Shown: one piece after another, positions 1 through 8,995 of the stretch
Numbering within the stretch: the first letter of the stretch is position 1
How the letters are laid out: each line of letters opens with the position of its first letter
Source of the DNA: an uncultured virus (IMG/VR IMGVR_UViG_3300015245_000039)
Lineage: Duplodnaviria > Heunggongvirae > Uroviricota > Caudoviricetes
Strand: one strand, 5' to 3'
Length of the DNA: 20,000 nucleotides
Virus record (IMG/VR): IMGVR_UViG_3300015245_000039
Notes under the pieces: model-generated
Databases searched by the model: none
What the model saw: the letters and a program-made list of their open reading frames with translations, nothing else
Told to the model about the DNA's origin: nothing
Translations under genes and position numbers: made by a program

Positions 1-353
1 GAGACTCCTGCCCCGGCGTCGAGCAGGTTCTTGAACGCGATGACTGCATTCGGGCCGACCACCCGGCTGATGAACGCGCTCGAGCCTCCCTCGTGGAAGT
101 ATTCCTCGAGAGCGTCGTACAGGAAGCCGTACGAAACTCTCGCCCCGTACACTCGCTGATAGTCGGCTAGCGACTGGATCAGCTGTGGATCAGTCGGACC
201 CTGCTCGGTCTGGCCCACCACGAACCAGATCCCCGTGTCCGTCGGTGCCGAGCGAGGCGGCGGCGAAGTCTGCGTCCGCACGCGGGTCGCAGGCCGGAAC
301 GAGGAGATGGCCGAGGCGATGAGCAAACCGGCGAAGAGTGCTGCACCGATCAC
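1..353 (-). CDS. Contractile tail sheath protein, N-terminal part (runs off the window; not in the ORF track)
   Basis: Manual translation from GTG at 353 (GTGA overlap with the upstream stop; SD GAAGGAGG): MIGAALFAGLLIASAISSFRPATRVRTQTSPPPRSAPTDTGIWFVVGQTEQGPTDPQLIQSLADYQRVYGARVSYGFLYDALEEYFHEGGSSAFISRVVGP. The FVVG..EQGP / IQS..DY.R.YG / YF.EGG..A.ISRV pattern is typical of sheath N-termini, and the position after the neck genes fits. Confidence 0.8.
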   Translation of the reverse strand, partial: MIGAALFAGLLIASAISSFRPATRVRTQTSPPPRSAPTDTGIWFVVGQTEQGPTDPQLIQSLADYQRVYGARVSYGFLYDALEEYFHEGGSSAFISRVVGPNAVIAFKNLLDAGAGV

Positions 354-526
354 TTGTCCCCTCCTTCCTTCTCTGTACCCGTCTTGACGAAGACCTCTTC
401 GTCGATCAGGCGCTTGTTGTGGAGCGACTTGAGATCGTCCTTGCTGAGCTCGACGGCTTCACCGACGCCCACGACACGACCGTCGTCGAGGTCCTCGGCA
501 TGCGCTCCGACGTTTCTGTATTCCAC
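350..526 (-). CDS. Small hypothetical protein before the sheath gene (58 aa)
   Basis: ORF 350..586 trimmed to GTG at 526, which has SD GAGGAGG and overlaps the upstream TAG. Its 3' end is coupled to the sheath start. Confidence 0.65.
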   Translation of the reverse strand: MEYRNVGAHAEDLDDGRVVGVGEAVELSKDDLKSLHNKRLIDEEVFVKTGTEKEGGDK

Positions 527-1170
527 TACTCCTCCTCCCTCGCGACGACCGAGATTGTTGACTCCGGTAGATTGATGGTAGGCCACGAGCTACCGGGTTG
601 ATCTTCGACGTCGGCGGGTGCGTTAGGCCCACCATACCTGTTCACGACATCGTGCACCGTGACGTGGTATTCCTGAGTACCGCTGAAGATCGTCCGCTCC
701 GCCTCAGGGTAGATGTCATCGTAGTTCTCATCGAACCAAACATTCCCCATCCCGAAGCCTACTGCGTTCGGATCGCCCCACTTCTTGAGGCTCTGCTTCT
801 GAAGCATGATCAGTCGCATGGTCGGCATGTAGATGTTCTTTACGATGTCCTGCGCATCCTGGGGCAGTGCGGCCTCTACCACGAATCCCATGCCGACTCG
901 CCAGGTTGCATACATTGTTCCATCACCTTGCTGGACTGGCTGACCTACCAGACCGTCGCTTATGATGGCTATAAGCGGAGGTTGGTCCTCGGGGTTCTGA
1001 TCGTTGAAGTCGTTGACGGTTTTCCAGGTGACTGGACGCGCGATCGAGCCGACGGGCAGGTTCAGCTCGAGCTCGCGGTTGCGCATGTAGACTTCCCACC
1101 AATAGCGTGCAGTGCCGAGTACGCGCTGCTCCACATCGGTTCCAGTGACTACTCCTCCGAAGATCGTCAT
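526..1170 (-). CDS. Probable tail terminator / tail completion protein
   Basis: ATG at 1170 overlaps the upstream TGA (ATGA). About 214 aa, located between the morphogenesis gene and the sheath. Function is inferred from synteny. Confidence 0.55.
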   Translation of the reverse strand: MTIFGGVVTGTDVEQRVLGTARYWWEVYMRNRELELNLPVGSIARPVTWKTVNDFNDQNPEDQPPLIAIISDGLVGQPVQQGDGTMYATWRVGMGFVVEAALPQDAQDIVKNIYMPTMRLIMLQKQSLKKWGDPNAVGFGMGNVWFDENYDDIYPEAERTIFSGTQEYHVTVHDVVNRYGGPNAPADVEDQPGSSWPTINLPESTISVVAREEE

Positions 1171-1661
1171 GTGCGCTTCTTCGCCCGACCCTTCCATTCC
1201 TTCTTGAGATAGCGGTTGACTCTCATAGCGAACCGCTGGCGGTCTCCTCTGAGGAACTTGATGATCACTCGCTGCGGCATGCCGTGCAGACCCTTCTGGT
1301 GCGAGCGAGCGTAGGGCAACTTGGAGCCGAAGATGATCGTGCCTTCTCTGGGGTTAATCTTCCTCAGCATGTTCGGATCACCCGAGTAGGTGAGAGAACG
1401 ACGAAGATGACGCTGGAAATGCATGGTGCGAGGATCGCCACCCAGCTTTGCCTTCCGACGCGCCCAACGATAGGTGACAGGCTTCCACTGACCGCCGCCG
1501 CGACGTCCGCCGGAGTTGAAGATTTTCTCCTCGATCTCCATCATCTCGAAACTGATCTCCTCCAGCGGCTCGCGCAGACCCTCTACAGCATTCTTGCCGA
1601 GCTCTCGGAGATTCTGTGCGGCTTCCTGGAAGCCAATGCGCTGGGCGAAGATCTGCGCCAT
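1167..1661 (-). CDS. Phage virion morphogenesis / tail completion protein (Mu gpG / P2 gpS-like)
   Basis: Basic 164-aa protein with F...G...GG.W.P and L.RSL...FGSKLPYA..HQ.G...MPQR motifs typical of this family. TAATG coupling to the upstream gene. Confidence 0.75.
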   Translation of the reverse strand: MAQIFAQRIGFQEAAQNLRELGKNAVEGLREPLEEISFEMMEIEEKIFNSGGRRGGGQWKPVTYRWARRKAKLGGDPRTMHFQRHLRRSLTYSGDPNMLRKINPREGTIIFGSKLPYARSHQKGLHGMPQRVIIKFLRGDRQRFAMRVNRYLKKEWKGRAKKRT

Positions 1662-2707
1662 TACCAGCGATACTTCTTGACCCCGGTGAAGTTGGAGGAC
1701 GGAATGGCTCGGTGAACACTCACCGTTCCGTCGACGGCCTCCTGGACAGCGATCACGAGCTTGCCCGGTGACTGCGGCGAACCTACCGCGTCGTCGTAGA
1801 GCTCCTTGTACTGCGCGTAGGGCGAGCGATTCGTAGCCACCTGCTCTGGGAAGTAGCTGAGCTCGACCATCATCGCTGCCTTCAGAGCCGCTGTTTCATT
1901 GGCCTCGCGCATGATGACGCCGGGGACCTCATCGCCGATCACCATGGCCAGATCCCCAGTCGCCTTACGAATCAGCGTCTGGACCTGTTGCCCGGTGGGG
2001 CGAGTCTCGGCGGTGAAGGTCCCCAGCTCCTGTGCTGTCCCGATCTGCTTGGTGCGCGCTCGAAGCAGCGCTGCAACGTCAGAGACAGTTGGCTGCCAGA
2101 CCCATCCCTTGAAGACCTCGATCCTTGCTGCAGCGAGCCGATCACCGTCGTCCCAGAGTACGACGTAGCTTCCACCCTCAGAGGGCGCAACGAGATCAAG
2201 AGCGTAGACGCCAGCGCCCGGAACGATCTCGATAGCGTTTGCGATGCGCTCGGTGAGCATCCTGCGCCCGACCGCGATCAGAGCTCCGAGGCTTGCCTCC
2301 GTCTCCCAGTCGACGAATGCGGTGAAGGACTCTCCGGCGGTGATGTCGTAGTTGACGTCCAGAGCCTCGATCGCTACATTCTTGGGTGTGAGCTGCCCGG
2401 TATCCCAGACGATCAGGTACTGGCCTGGCAGCGACGGAGCTACGAGCTGGTAGACGTATGTCCCCGAACCCGACGTGCTCTGCTGAATACCAGCCGTCTG
2501 GCGGGGCATCACGATAGCTCCGTGAGCTCCGATCACTCTGACGCCCATCGTCAGCAGATCAGGCGGGAACCCGATTGCGGTGATCTCGAACTGCTCCTCG
2601 GCGGCGACCTTGGTCGGAACCGGCGCGATGGGCAGGTCGGAGGGAACGATGTTGCCAATCGCCTCGCCCCACTTGCCGACGTCGCCCCACTTGGGTACGG
2701 AGCTCAT
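1661..2707 (-). CDS. Head-to-tail adaptor with a duplicated N-terminal beta-rich domain
   Basis: The C-terminal ~145 aa (PTVSDVAALLRART...TRPT..QVQTLI..A...ELSYFPEQ) resembles actinophage adaptors. The N-terminal half has two similar segments, G.Y...LVAPS..G.Y..VWD.G. Confidence 0.6.
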   Translation of the reverse strand: MSSVPKWGDVGKWGEAIGNIVPSDLPIAPVPTKVAAEEQFEITAIGFPPDLLTMGVRVIGAHGAIVMPRQTAGIQQSTSGSGTYVYQLVAPSLPGQYLIVWDTGQLTPKNVAIEALDVNYDITAGESFTAFVDWETEASLGALIAVGRRMLTERIANAIEIVPGAGVYALDLVAPSEGGSYVVLWDDGDRLAAARIEVFKGWVWQPTVSDVAALLRARTKQIGTAQELGTFTAETRPTGQQVQTLIRKATGDLAMVIGDEVPGVIMREANETAALKAAMMVELSYFPEQVATNRSPYAQYKELYDDAVGSPQSPGKLVIAVQEAVDGTVSVHRAIPSSNFTGVKKYRW

Positions 2708-3936
2708 GCTGTCCTCACCATCGACGCGCCGGTCAGGTAGAAGTTGAATGACGAAGACGACGCATTCTTGGTCAGCACGATGAATCGCAGCTTGTGCATC
2801 GCGGTGCGAGTCACTGAGATTCCTGTGAATCCGACCGACTGGTTGTGGAGCAGTGAGGCGTTGTAACCGTCCTGAGTCCCGATGTCGGTGTAGGTCCCGG
2901 CAGAGGCTAGATCAAGCCGAGCAGTGACGATACCGGCATCAGAAGCCTTGGTGAAGTTGAACGATAGGTTCCAGGTGCCGATCTTCAGGTACAGCGGATA
3001 GATGACTTCCTGGTTGACCGCTCCTGTTCCTGCCCGATAGCCGCCCATCCACGAAGAGGCAGAGAAGAGAAATGTCTGCCAGTTGGTGTTGGAGAATGGC
3101 GAAGTCAGAACCCCGACGATCGTGTGTAGCCAGACATCGGCGTCAACCCCGGCTGCTCCCTGGATTCCCTGAATTCCCTGGATTCCCTGGATTCCTTGAG
3201 CTCCAGTTGCACCTGTGGCTCCAGCTGCTCCAGCTGCGCCAGCGTCTCCCTGCGGACCCTTCAGATTCCCGATGATCGATCCCCAGGAGCCTGCTGTCTT
3301 TGGTCCGTAGACATCTCCGTTGGTGACGTTCAGATAGAAGTCGCCGTTAGCGCCAGTCCCGCCTCCGGGCACTCCAGCGCCCTCGTACCACTTCGCGCCT
3401 GCTGCTCCGGCGGCTCCGGCGTTGCCCTGGGCTCCAGCGTTACCCTGAGCTCCTTGCGGCCCTACGTCACCCTGGGGACCCTGTGGCCCAGCAGGACCCT
3501 GCGGTCCCGACCCAGCGGCCTGCCAGATCATTGCGCCCTGGGCATTACTCCAGGTCAGTACCTGGCCGTTGAGAGGGCCAGTGCCATCGATGACATCGGC
3601 GAGGTCGCGCACTGCCAGAACATCGCTTCCGTTCTTCTTGTGCGACGCTGCGTGCGCTGTCGGTGTACGAGAGTTTGTCAGACGCGCATCGCCCTCACGT
3701 ACGAATGTATTGAGCGGCTCCCAGATCATCGCCCCACCCTGGCGCGTCCAGACTCCGTCACCCGGCGGAACGTCTACCAAGCCCTCGAAGGTGGGCGAGC
3801 CGGCAATCTCTGAGTGGGTGTGGGAGTTGAAGGCGTCTCTGAGCGCATGGAAGTTTGGCATCACCGACTCTGCGGTGAAGTCCGTCTCGTGGTCTTCGAT
3901 CGTGACCGGAAGGTCTACTTGAGGCTGAGCGGTCAT
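2704..3936 (-). CDS. Collagen-repeat fibre protein with a C-terminal jelly-roll / CBM-like domain
   Basis: ATG at 3936 (ATGA overlap). Two Gly-X-Y tracts flank a KWY.G.G.P...GDFYLN..NGDVYGPK module. Fibre motifs DARL..SRTPTAHAASH and DL.DV...P.NGQVL.W are present, and the C-terminus is beta-rich. Confidence 0.75.
   Translation of the reverse strand: MTAQPQVDLPVTIEDHETDFTAESVMPNFHALRDAFNSHTHSEIAGSPTFEGLVDVPPGDGVWTRQGGAMIWEPLNTFVREGDARLTNSRTPTAHAASHKKNGSDVLAVRDLADVIDGTGPLNGQVLTWSNAQGAMIWQAAGSGPQGPAGPQGPQGDVGPQGAQGNAGAQGNAGAAGAAGAKWYEGAGVPGGGTGANGDFYLNVTNGDVYGPKTAGSWGSIIGNLKGPQGDAGAAGAAGATGATGAQGIQGIQGIQGIQGAAGVDADVWLHTIVGVLTSPFSNTNWQTFLFSASSWMGGYRAGTGAVNQEVIYPLYLKIGTWNLSFNFTKASDAGIVTARLDLASAGTYTDIGTQDGYNASLLHNQSVGFTGISVTRTAMHKLRFIVLTKNASSSSFNFYLTGASMVRTA
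3158..3195. repeat. 9-bp tandem repeat (CCCTGGATT, ~4 copies) encoding GIQ collagen triplets
   Basis: Directly visible: ccctggattccctgaattccctggattccctggattcc. Confidence 0.85.
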
Positions 3937-4691
3937 GGCGACACGAACCTTACCTGGTAGTGGTAGTTCGCGATGCGCCACTTGCCTGCACCGCGAACTC
4001 CTGAGTTATTCTTCGCGTAGATGGTCGGGTAGAGGAACTGCTTGGTCGGCATCGTGGGTACAGCGCTCGAGGACCCGTCGGCATTGGCCAGCAAGAACTC
4101 TACGTCTGCCCAGTCGTTCGCGTACCTCTTTGCGACTCCAGAGCCGTCAGACTGAAGCGGATTGCCTCGACCGATATTCGGAGTGAGCGCCTGTCCGGTA
4201 GTGCCCACCTGCAGTCCATTCGGGCGCTGATAACCCGACGGCGGCCGCATCACGGTCTTGCCCGAGCCAAACGGCCAGATCTGCGGCTGCTCGCCCGAGA
4301 AGTCGTTCGCGAACTGGACCAGGTCTTCGGGGTCCCACTGGTAGTACCAAGGAGCGCACTGACCGGGAACACCAGCCTGGTCAAGAATCCTGCCGTCAGA
4401 GCGATCCTGCATCTTGAAGCCGAGCGCGATGATCCGGCTAGCGTCATGGATCATGAACTCTCCCCAGCCACCCAGCTTGTCGTCTGAGTCAGTCAGGTAT
4501 GACCAGTCGACCTCAGTCGTCCAGACAAACGAGACATCGACCCCTCTGATGATCGTGGTGGCGTCGCTGACCCAGCGACTACCGTCCCACATGCAGCCGA
4601 GCTCGGTATCGCCTGCCCTGATAAAGCGACACTCACCTGCACGACCAGCAGGCAGCGGAGCTGTATCGATGAGAGGAGGAGCGTTGTTCAC
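3933..4691 (-). CDS. Putative virion appendage / receptor-binding protein (paralogue of 4688..5509)
   Basis: ORF 3933..5048 trimmed to GTG at 4691 (GTGA overlap); the longer extension overlaps the upstream gene in another frame. Motifs are colinear with the upstream protein. Confidence 0.6.
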   Translation of the reverse strand: MNNAPPLIDTAPLPAGRAGECRFIRAGDTELGCMWDGSRWVSDATTIIRGVDVSFVWTTEVDWSYLTDSDDKLGGWGEFMIHDASRIIALGFKMQDRSDGRILDQAGVPGQCAPWYYQWDPEDLVQFANDFSGEQPQIWPFGSGKTVMRPPSGYQRPNGLQVGTTGQALTPNIGRGNPLQSDGSGVAKRYANDWADVEFLLANADGSSSAVPTMPTKQFLYPTIYAKNNSGVRGAGKWRIANYHYQVRFVSP

Positions 4692-5509
4692 GACGAATAC
4701 CTGACCTCGAGACCAATGTCGATGACAGCGCCGTACAGTGCTCCGCCGGACATCTTCCCGTAGAAGCGAGGGGTGAGATGATCCTTGGCAAGATCTGTTG
4801 ACTCGAGCGGGGTGCCAGCAGCGCCCTTCTTCGAGACGGGCAGCCAGCCGACTGTCGACTTCATCGACGGGATGCTCTCGGCATTGCTCTGGATGACCTG
4901 CCCCTCGGCGATGGCTGATGCGCCATTCGATGAGAGCGGAGCCTGGTCGCCGCTGGAGAAGTTCCAGAAGAATGGAACGATGCTGAACACCAGCAGGTTC
5001 GCAAGGTTCCCGTAGCAGAGACAGTGCCAGCGATGCTCGACTTTGCACCCGGCGACCATGAACTGTTTCGCGTTGAGCAACGCACGCTCAAGAATGCCTG
5101 CCGCGTAGACGGGAGGAACCGATGCTGCTGATCCGGAGACTGGCGTCGCGATATACGCCCAGTCGGCAGCGACATTCGTCCCCATGTACATCTGGTCGAG
5201 CTGCATCGCCAGGGTCTTGCCACGACCCTTCCACTGTCCAGCTGTCGCGTGCCAGATCAGAAGCTCGGTGTCAGTGATTCCTGCGGGCTTGAGCAGCCCC
5301 GGCTGACCGTCGTAGTCACCTGCCCCCAGCGCGGAGATGGTGGCACCGCTCTTGCCCGTCAGAGTCCCACCGCCACCTACGGGTCCTGAGAAGTCACGCC
5401 ACTCGAAACGATTCTGAGCTGCGACCCAGACTGGAATCTGACCGTCAGTCGGGGTCCCGAAGACGTCGTCGAGGTCCTTGAGCTTCGTGACCGTCCGTGC
5501 TGCCGTCAT
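4688..5509 (-). CDS. Putative fibre / appendage protein
   Basis: SD AGGGAGG. The N-terminal LKDLDDV..TPTDGQIPVW.....FEW fibre motif is also present in the collagen protein, followed by a Gly linker and a beta-rich domain. Confidence 0.65.
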   Translation of the reverse strand: MTAARTVTKLKDLDDVFGTPTDGQIPVWVAAQNRFEWRDFSGPVGGGGTLTGKSGATISALGAGDYDGQPGLLKPAGITDTELLIWHATAGQWKGRGKTLAMQLDQMYMGTNVAADWAYIATPVSGSAASVPPVYAAGILERALLNAKQFMVAGCKVEHRWHCLCYGNLANLLVFSIVPFFWNFSSGDQAPLSSNGASAIAEGQVIQSNAESIPSMKSTVGWLPVSKKGAAGTPLESTDLAKDHLTPRFYGKMSGGALYGAVIDIGLEVRYSS

Positions 5510-5528
5510 AGTCCCTCCCTGATCAGGA

Positions 5529-5569
5529 GCGGGGAGACTGGGCCAACCGCCGTAGACCCAGCTCCCCGC
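5529..5569 (-). terminator. Stem-loop after the capsid genes (terminator or processing hairpin, no U-tract)
   Basis: GCGGGGAG-A-CTGGG ... CCCAG-CTCCCCGC inverted repeat in the intergenic gap. Confidence 0.55.
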
Positions 5570-5580
5570 ACGCTGGATCG

Positions 5581-6015
5581 CTAGGCGTTTTCCCCGATGA
5601 CCTTGGTGAGACCAGTGACGAGTCCCTTACGAGGATCGTTCGACGTCGCCATGTTCTCGGCGTCGAGGATCTTCTGGGCCTGATCCGGGTCATCGGATGC
5701 CAGCTCGAGCAGATCGTCGATCGTGGGCTCGTCCTCCTTGATCCAGGTGGCGAGCTCCTCGACTGACATGTCGTCGACCGACTTCTCGACGACCTCACCG
5801 TCTTCGCCGACGGTGACTCCCTCCCGAGTCTGCTCCCCTTCCTTGTAGAAGACGCCGTGCCGCTCCGCACGCTCGCGGTCATACGGCGAGAGGTCTTCCG
5901 GGTTCAGCTCTTCATCGCGGACCGACACCCGAGGGATGAGGATCTTCTGATCCGGGTTGTAGGGATTCTGCTGGACGTCGTGCCAGATGAAGGCACGAAC
6001 CTTGACTCTACTCAT
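5581..6015 (-). CDS. Acidic protein downstream of the major capsid gene (HeH / Rho-N-like helical C-terminus)
   Basis: SD GAAGGAGG. Helical motif VDDMSVEELATWI...ILDAE......PRKGLV, typical of small post-capsid genes. Confidence 0.6.
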   Translation of the reverse strand: MSRVKVRAFIWHDVQQNPYNPDQKILIPRVSVRDEELNPEDLSPYDRERAERHGVFYKEGEQTREGVTVGEDGEVVEKSVDDMSVEELATWIKEDEPTIDDLLELASDDPDQAQKILDAENMATSNDPRKGLVTGLTKVIGENA

Positions 6016-6030
6016 GTTCCTGCCTCCTTC

Positions 6031-6975
6031 CTAACCGGCGAGTCCGGTGATCTTGAAGACCCCGAACGGATTGGTGACGTACATGGCAGGCGAGACTGAG
6101 GTCTGCACCCAGGTCCGCTGACGCATCGTCGGAGCGCCCTCTTCGGCGGTCTCCGTGGCCAGCGGGAACTCGATGCGCATCTCGCCGACCATGCCCTGCG
6201 CGAGCGCATAGGCGACGCCTGCGGTGACGCGCGGAGAGACGTACACGTCGATGCCGGCAGCGTCCAGCATCTGCTGGAGGAACTGACCGTACACCGTTCC
6301 AAGCTGCAGCCATTGATCCGGATGCATGATCCAGAGATCGATGACCACGCCGAGCTCGTCCGTGTCGGCCAGTGCCTGGATGTGCATGATGTCGCGAGCA
6401 GGGTACGCCGAGGCGTTGGACGCCGACGAGCCTGCCGTGACGACAGCATTCCAGTTGTTGCCGACGACGGTCTGCCCCGAAGCGGTGATGGATGCCTCGA
6501 GGACCTCGATTGCCCGCTGGTTGATCTTGCGGACGATGGTGTTGCCGAGCTGACGCGTTCGCAGCGTGAACTGCGAGACGTTGTTGCGGAGGCGAGCTTC
6601 CTTCGTCATGAAGAACTTGCCGCCCCACTTCTCCGGCTCCGCGATCAGCGGTGCGATGCGGACTCCGGTGACGAGTGGGAACTCGTCGCCCGGCCCGACC
6701 CGCTTGACATCGCGGTCCAGGTAGAGCTGGTTGGTGGTGATCTGGTCGTACACGATGGCGCCGCCTGAGACGCCTCCGGCCGACGAGTAGATGCGGTCGG
6801 CGATGAACCGCTGCAGCGTCAAGTCCATGACCATGGACGTGACACGCGTCGGCTGGTTGAGCGCGATGTCGACAGAGATCGTCGTCCCCGAGACAGTCGG
6901 CGGACCGAGTGGATGCTCGACCGCCTGCGAGTAGGAGAAGAACGACTTCGACTCGAACTCCAGCTTGTCTTCCAT
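6031..6975 (-). CDS. Major capsid protein (314 aa)
   Basis: ATG at 6975 with SD GGAGAGGAGG. HPLGPPTVSGTTISVD..L.QPTRV N-terminus, PG.EFP and EKWGGKF motifs, and a C-terminal P..YVTNP....KITGL typical of actinophage HK97-fold capsids. Confidence 0.88.
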   Translation of the reverse strand: MEDKLEFESKSFFSYSQAVEHPLGPPTVSGTTISVDIALNQPTRVTSMVMDLTLQRFIADRIYSSAGGVSGGAIVYDQITTNQLYLDRDVKRVGPGDEFPLVTGVRIAPLIAEPEKWGGKFFMTKEARLRNNVSQFTLRTRQLGNTIVRKINQRAIEVLEASITASGQTVVGNNWNAVVTAGSSASNASAYPARDIMHIQALADTDELGVVIDLWIMHPDQWLQLGTVYGQFLQQMLDAAGIDVYVSPRVTAGVAYALAQGMVGEMRIEFPLATETAEEGAPTMRQRTWVQTSVSPAMYVTNPFGVFKITGLAG

Positions 6976-6988
6976 CTTCCCTCCTCTC

Positions 6989-7423
6989 CTACGGCTTGAC
7001 GTACTGGGCGGGACCGAGCAACTCGACAGCGGTGATGCCTGCTGAGCCCTTCGTCTCACGACAGACCGCGACGACGACCTGTGTCGTCAACGCGACCTTG
7101 AGCGTCCCGTCGGCATTGACCGAGAGCTCGTCACCGAATGCGACAGCGGCGCTGACCTCTGCCGGAACGATCAGACCGCAGCCCCGGAGCATTCCGACCT
7201 TGCCGGCGGCAGCGACGTCACGGTTGGCGAGTCCGAAGACCCGGCCATTCGCTGTCGGGGCACCGACGCGGATGTTGCCACCCAGACCGTCGGTGTCGAG
7301 GCCGGTCGAGAGCTTGCCCTGGTTCCCGGTCTGCTTGTACATCCGCTTCCCGATGACTGCGATGTCGCAGTGACAGGTGACGGTCTGGCCCGGCTCGTAG
7401 ATCGGGATCGCGTCATTCGCCAT
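6989..7423 (-). CDS. Capsid decoration / cement protein (DUF2190-like)
   Basis: MANDAIP.YEPG..VT...AV.GKR and FG.A..D.AAAGKV motifs; lies between the scaffold and major capsid genes. Confidence 0.75.
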   Translation of the reverse strand: MANDAIPIYEPGQTVTCHCDIAVIGKRMYKQTGNQGKLSTGLDTDGLGGNIRVGAPTANGRVFGLANRDVAAAGKVGMLRGCGLIVPAEVSAAVAFGDELSVNADGTLKVALTTQVVVAVCRETKGSAGITAVELLGPAQYVKP

Positions 7424-8995
7424 CTAGCTCACCGCCTCCGTGTAGACGCGACGACCGCCACGAGCGGCTTCCGCCGCCAGCCGAGTCTTCCGCGCCGCGA
7501 CCTCGGGGAACCACTCCTGCGGGTACGCCTCGCCTGTGGCGAAGTCGGTGCCGTCCCCGTTGCCACCGTGCCCGTTCTGCTGCCCGACTGGCACCAGGCC
7601 AGGGGCGAGTCCGCCCTTGTCGGGTTCGGCGGTCAGCAGGACCAGCGTGCCTTCGCGGTCGTTCTCGAGCATGGTCTTCCAGTGCGCGAGACGAGCCGGA
7701 GGGAACCTGCCCTCTCCGAGCGCCTTCGTGAGGACTGACGTGTCCTCCGCCGCGAGCTGTGTGGTGCGAGCTTCGCGACCCATCTTGGCGTCGTTCTGCA
7801 TCTGCTTCCACTGCTCGGCGTCGACCTGCACCGTCCCGGACATCAGAGCTTCGGCGGCTGTTGAGCCTCCGCCGGTCCCGGGAGTCGTGACTGCGGGCTG
7901 TCCCTCGTCCGGGGTTGCCGCCACCTGGGTGGAACCACCCTTGGCACCGTCGCCCGTTCCCGGGTTCTCGGCTGCGGTGGACGTTGTGGCCGCGAGCGCG
8001 TCCTCAGCGAGCTTCGCGTTCACTTCCTCCTCGGTCGCGGTCTCCGGCAGGCCCAGCTTCTCGGCGAGCTCCTTGCGCTGCTCGTCGGTCATGCCGCCTC
8101 CTTCCGTTCCGTGGTTGCTGAGCTTGACCTCGCGTCCTGCCTCGGTCGCGCTCTTGTAGTGGGCCAGGACTTCGCGGCCCGAGTGCGAGAAGCCGGCAAC
8201 GAATGCGTGAGCAGCCGCGACCTTCTCCTGTTTCTCGACGTACTCGATCTGGACCGGCTTGGGGTCCGAGAACTCGATCGAACTGTCACTGATCGAGAAA
8301 TCGACGATGTAGAGGTTGCCCTCCCACTCGTCTTCGACGACAAGCTGGGTCGGATCAAGGAGGACTGCCTTCACCCACCAGGCGAAGTTCCCCTGCTCGT
8401 CCAACTTGTCGTAGTACGCACGACGGACGTCCTCGACGTTCACCGTCGCCTTGGTAACGCCCTCTGAGCGTCCCAAATGTCCTCCCTTCGCCATCGTAGC
8501 GACGGCAACGTCGAACTTGAGCTCCACCGTCTCTGGCTGGCTCTTCCCGTAATACAGTGGGAGATCGTCCAGAGTGGTGATGCCCGGCCATTCTACCCCG
8601 AGCAGCTGGACGGCACCGATGCATGCCTTGTGGTATCCACCTGTCGCGGTCTTGACTTCGTGGTACAACTCGACTGAGCGACCAGGCCACGCGGCTGGAA
8701 GAATGTCGGCAAGCCACGATGGCACGCCTTCGTAGTCGCAGTAGAGTGTCTGGTCCTCCTCGTTGAAGCGAACGTTCGTCGCACGCCCGAAACACGGCTC
8801 CGTGATCGCAGTGCCGTGAGTATCCTCGATCAGCGTCAGCTTGAGCTTCGCTGATGGTACTCCCGGGTCATCGTGCGCGGACGCGACCGAGAGCAGATCC
8901 TCCCGGGTGACAGTGACTGAGCCGGTCATCGCCGGCCAGTCCATGCCTACTTCGATCAGCGGTACATTCGGGATTGTGACGAGCGCTGGCTTCAT
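7424..8995 (-). CDS. Capsid maturation protease fused to scaffold (Mu gpI-like)
   Basis: N-terminal protease with H..G, WP.RSVE and AVQLLG...PG...L.DL motifs; C-terminal LGLPE.AT.EEV scaffold region; position downstream of the portal. Confidence 0.8.
   Translation of the reverse strand: MKPALVTIPNVPLIEVGMDWPAMTGSVTVTREDLLSVASAHDDPGVPSAKLKLTLIEDTHGTAITEPCFGRATNVRFNEEDQTLYCDYEGVPSWLADILPAAWPGRSVELYHEVKTATGGYHKACIGAVQLLGVEWPGITTLDDLPLYYGKSQPETVELKFDVAVATMAKGGHLGRSEGVTKATVNVEDVRRAYYDKLDEQGNFAWWVKAVLLDPTQLVVEDEWEGNLYIVDFSISDSSIEFSDPKPVQIEYVEKQEKVAAAHAFVAGFSHSGREVLAHYKSATEAGREVKLSNHGTEGGGMTDEQRKELAEKLGLPETATEEEVNAKLAEDALAATTSTAAENPGTGDGAKGGSTQVAATPDEGQPAVTTPGTGGGSTAAEALMSGTVQVDAEQWKQMQNDAKMGREARTTQLAAEDTSVLTKALGEGRFPPARLAHWKTMLENDREGTLVLLTAEPDKGGLAPGLVPVGQQNGHGGNGDGTDFATGEAYPQEWFPEVAARKTRLAAEAARGGRRVYTEAVS

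Noticed and set aside
3150..3510. Tandem repeats as a contingency locus
   Set aside because: Unit lengths are multiples of 3 and are explained by collagen Gly-X-Y coding.
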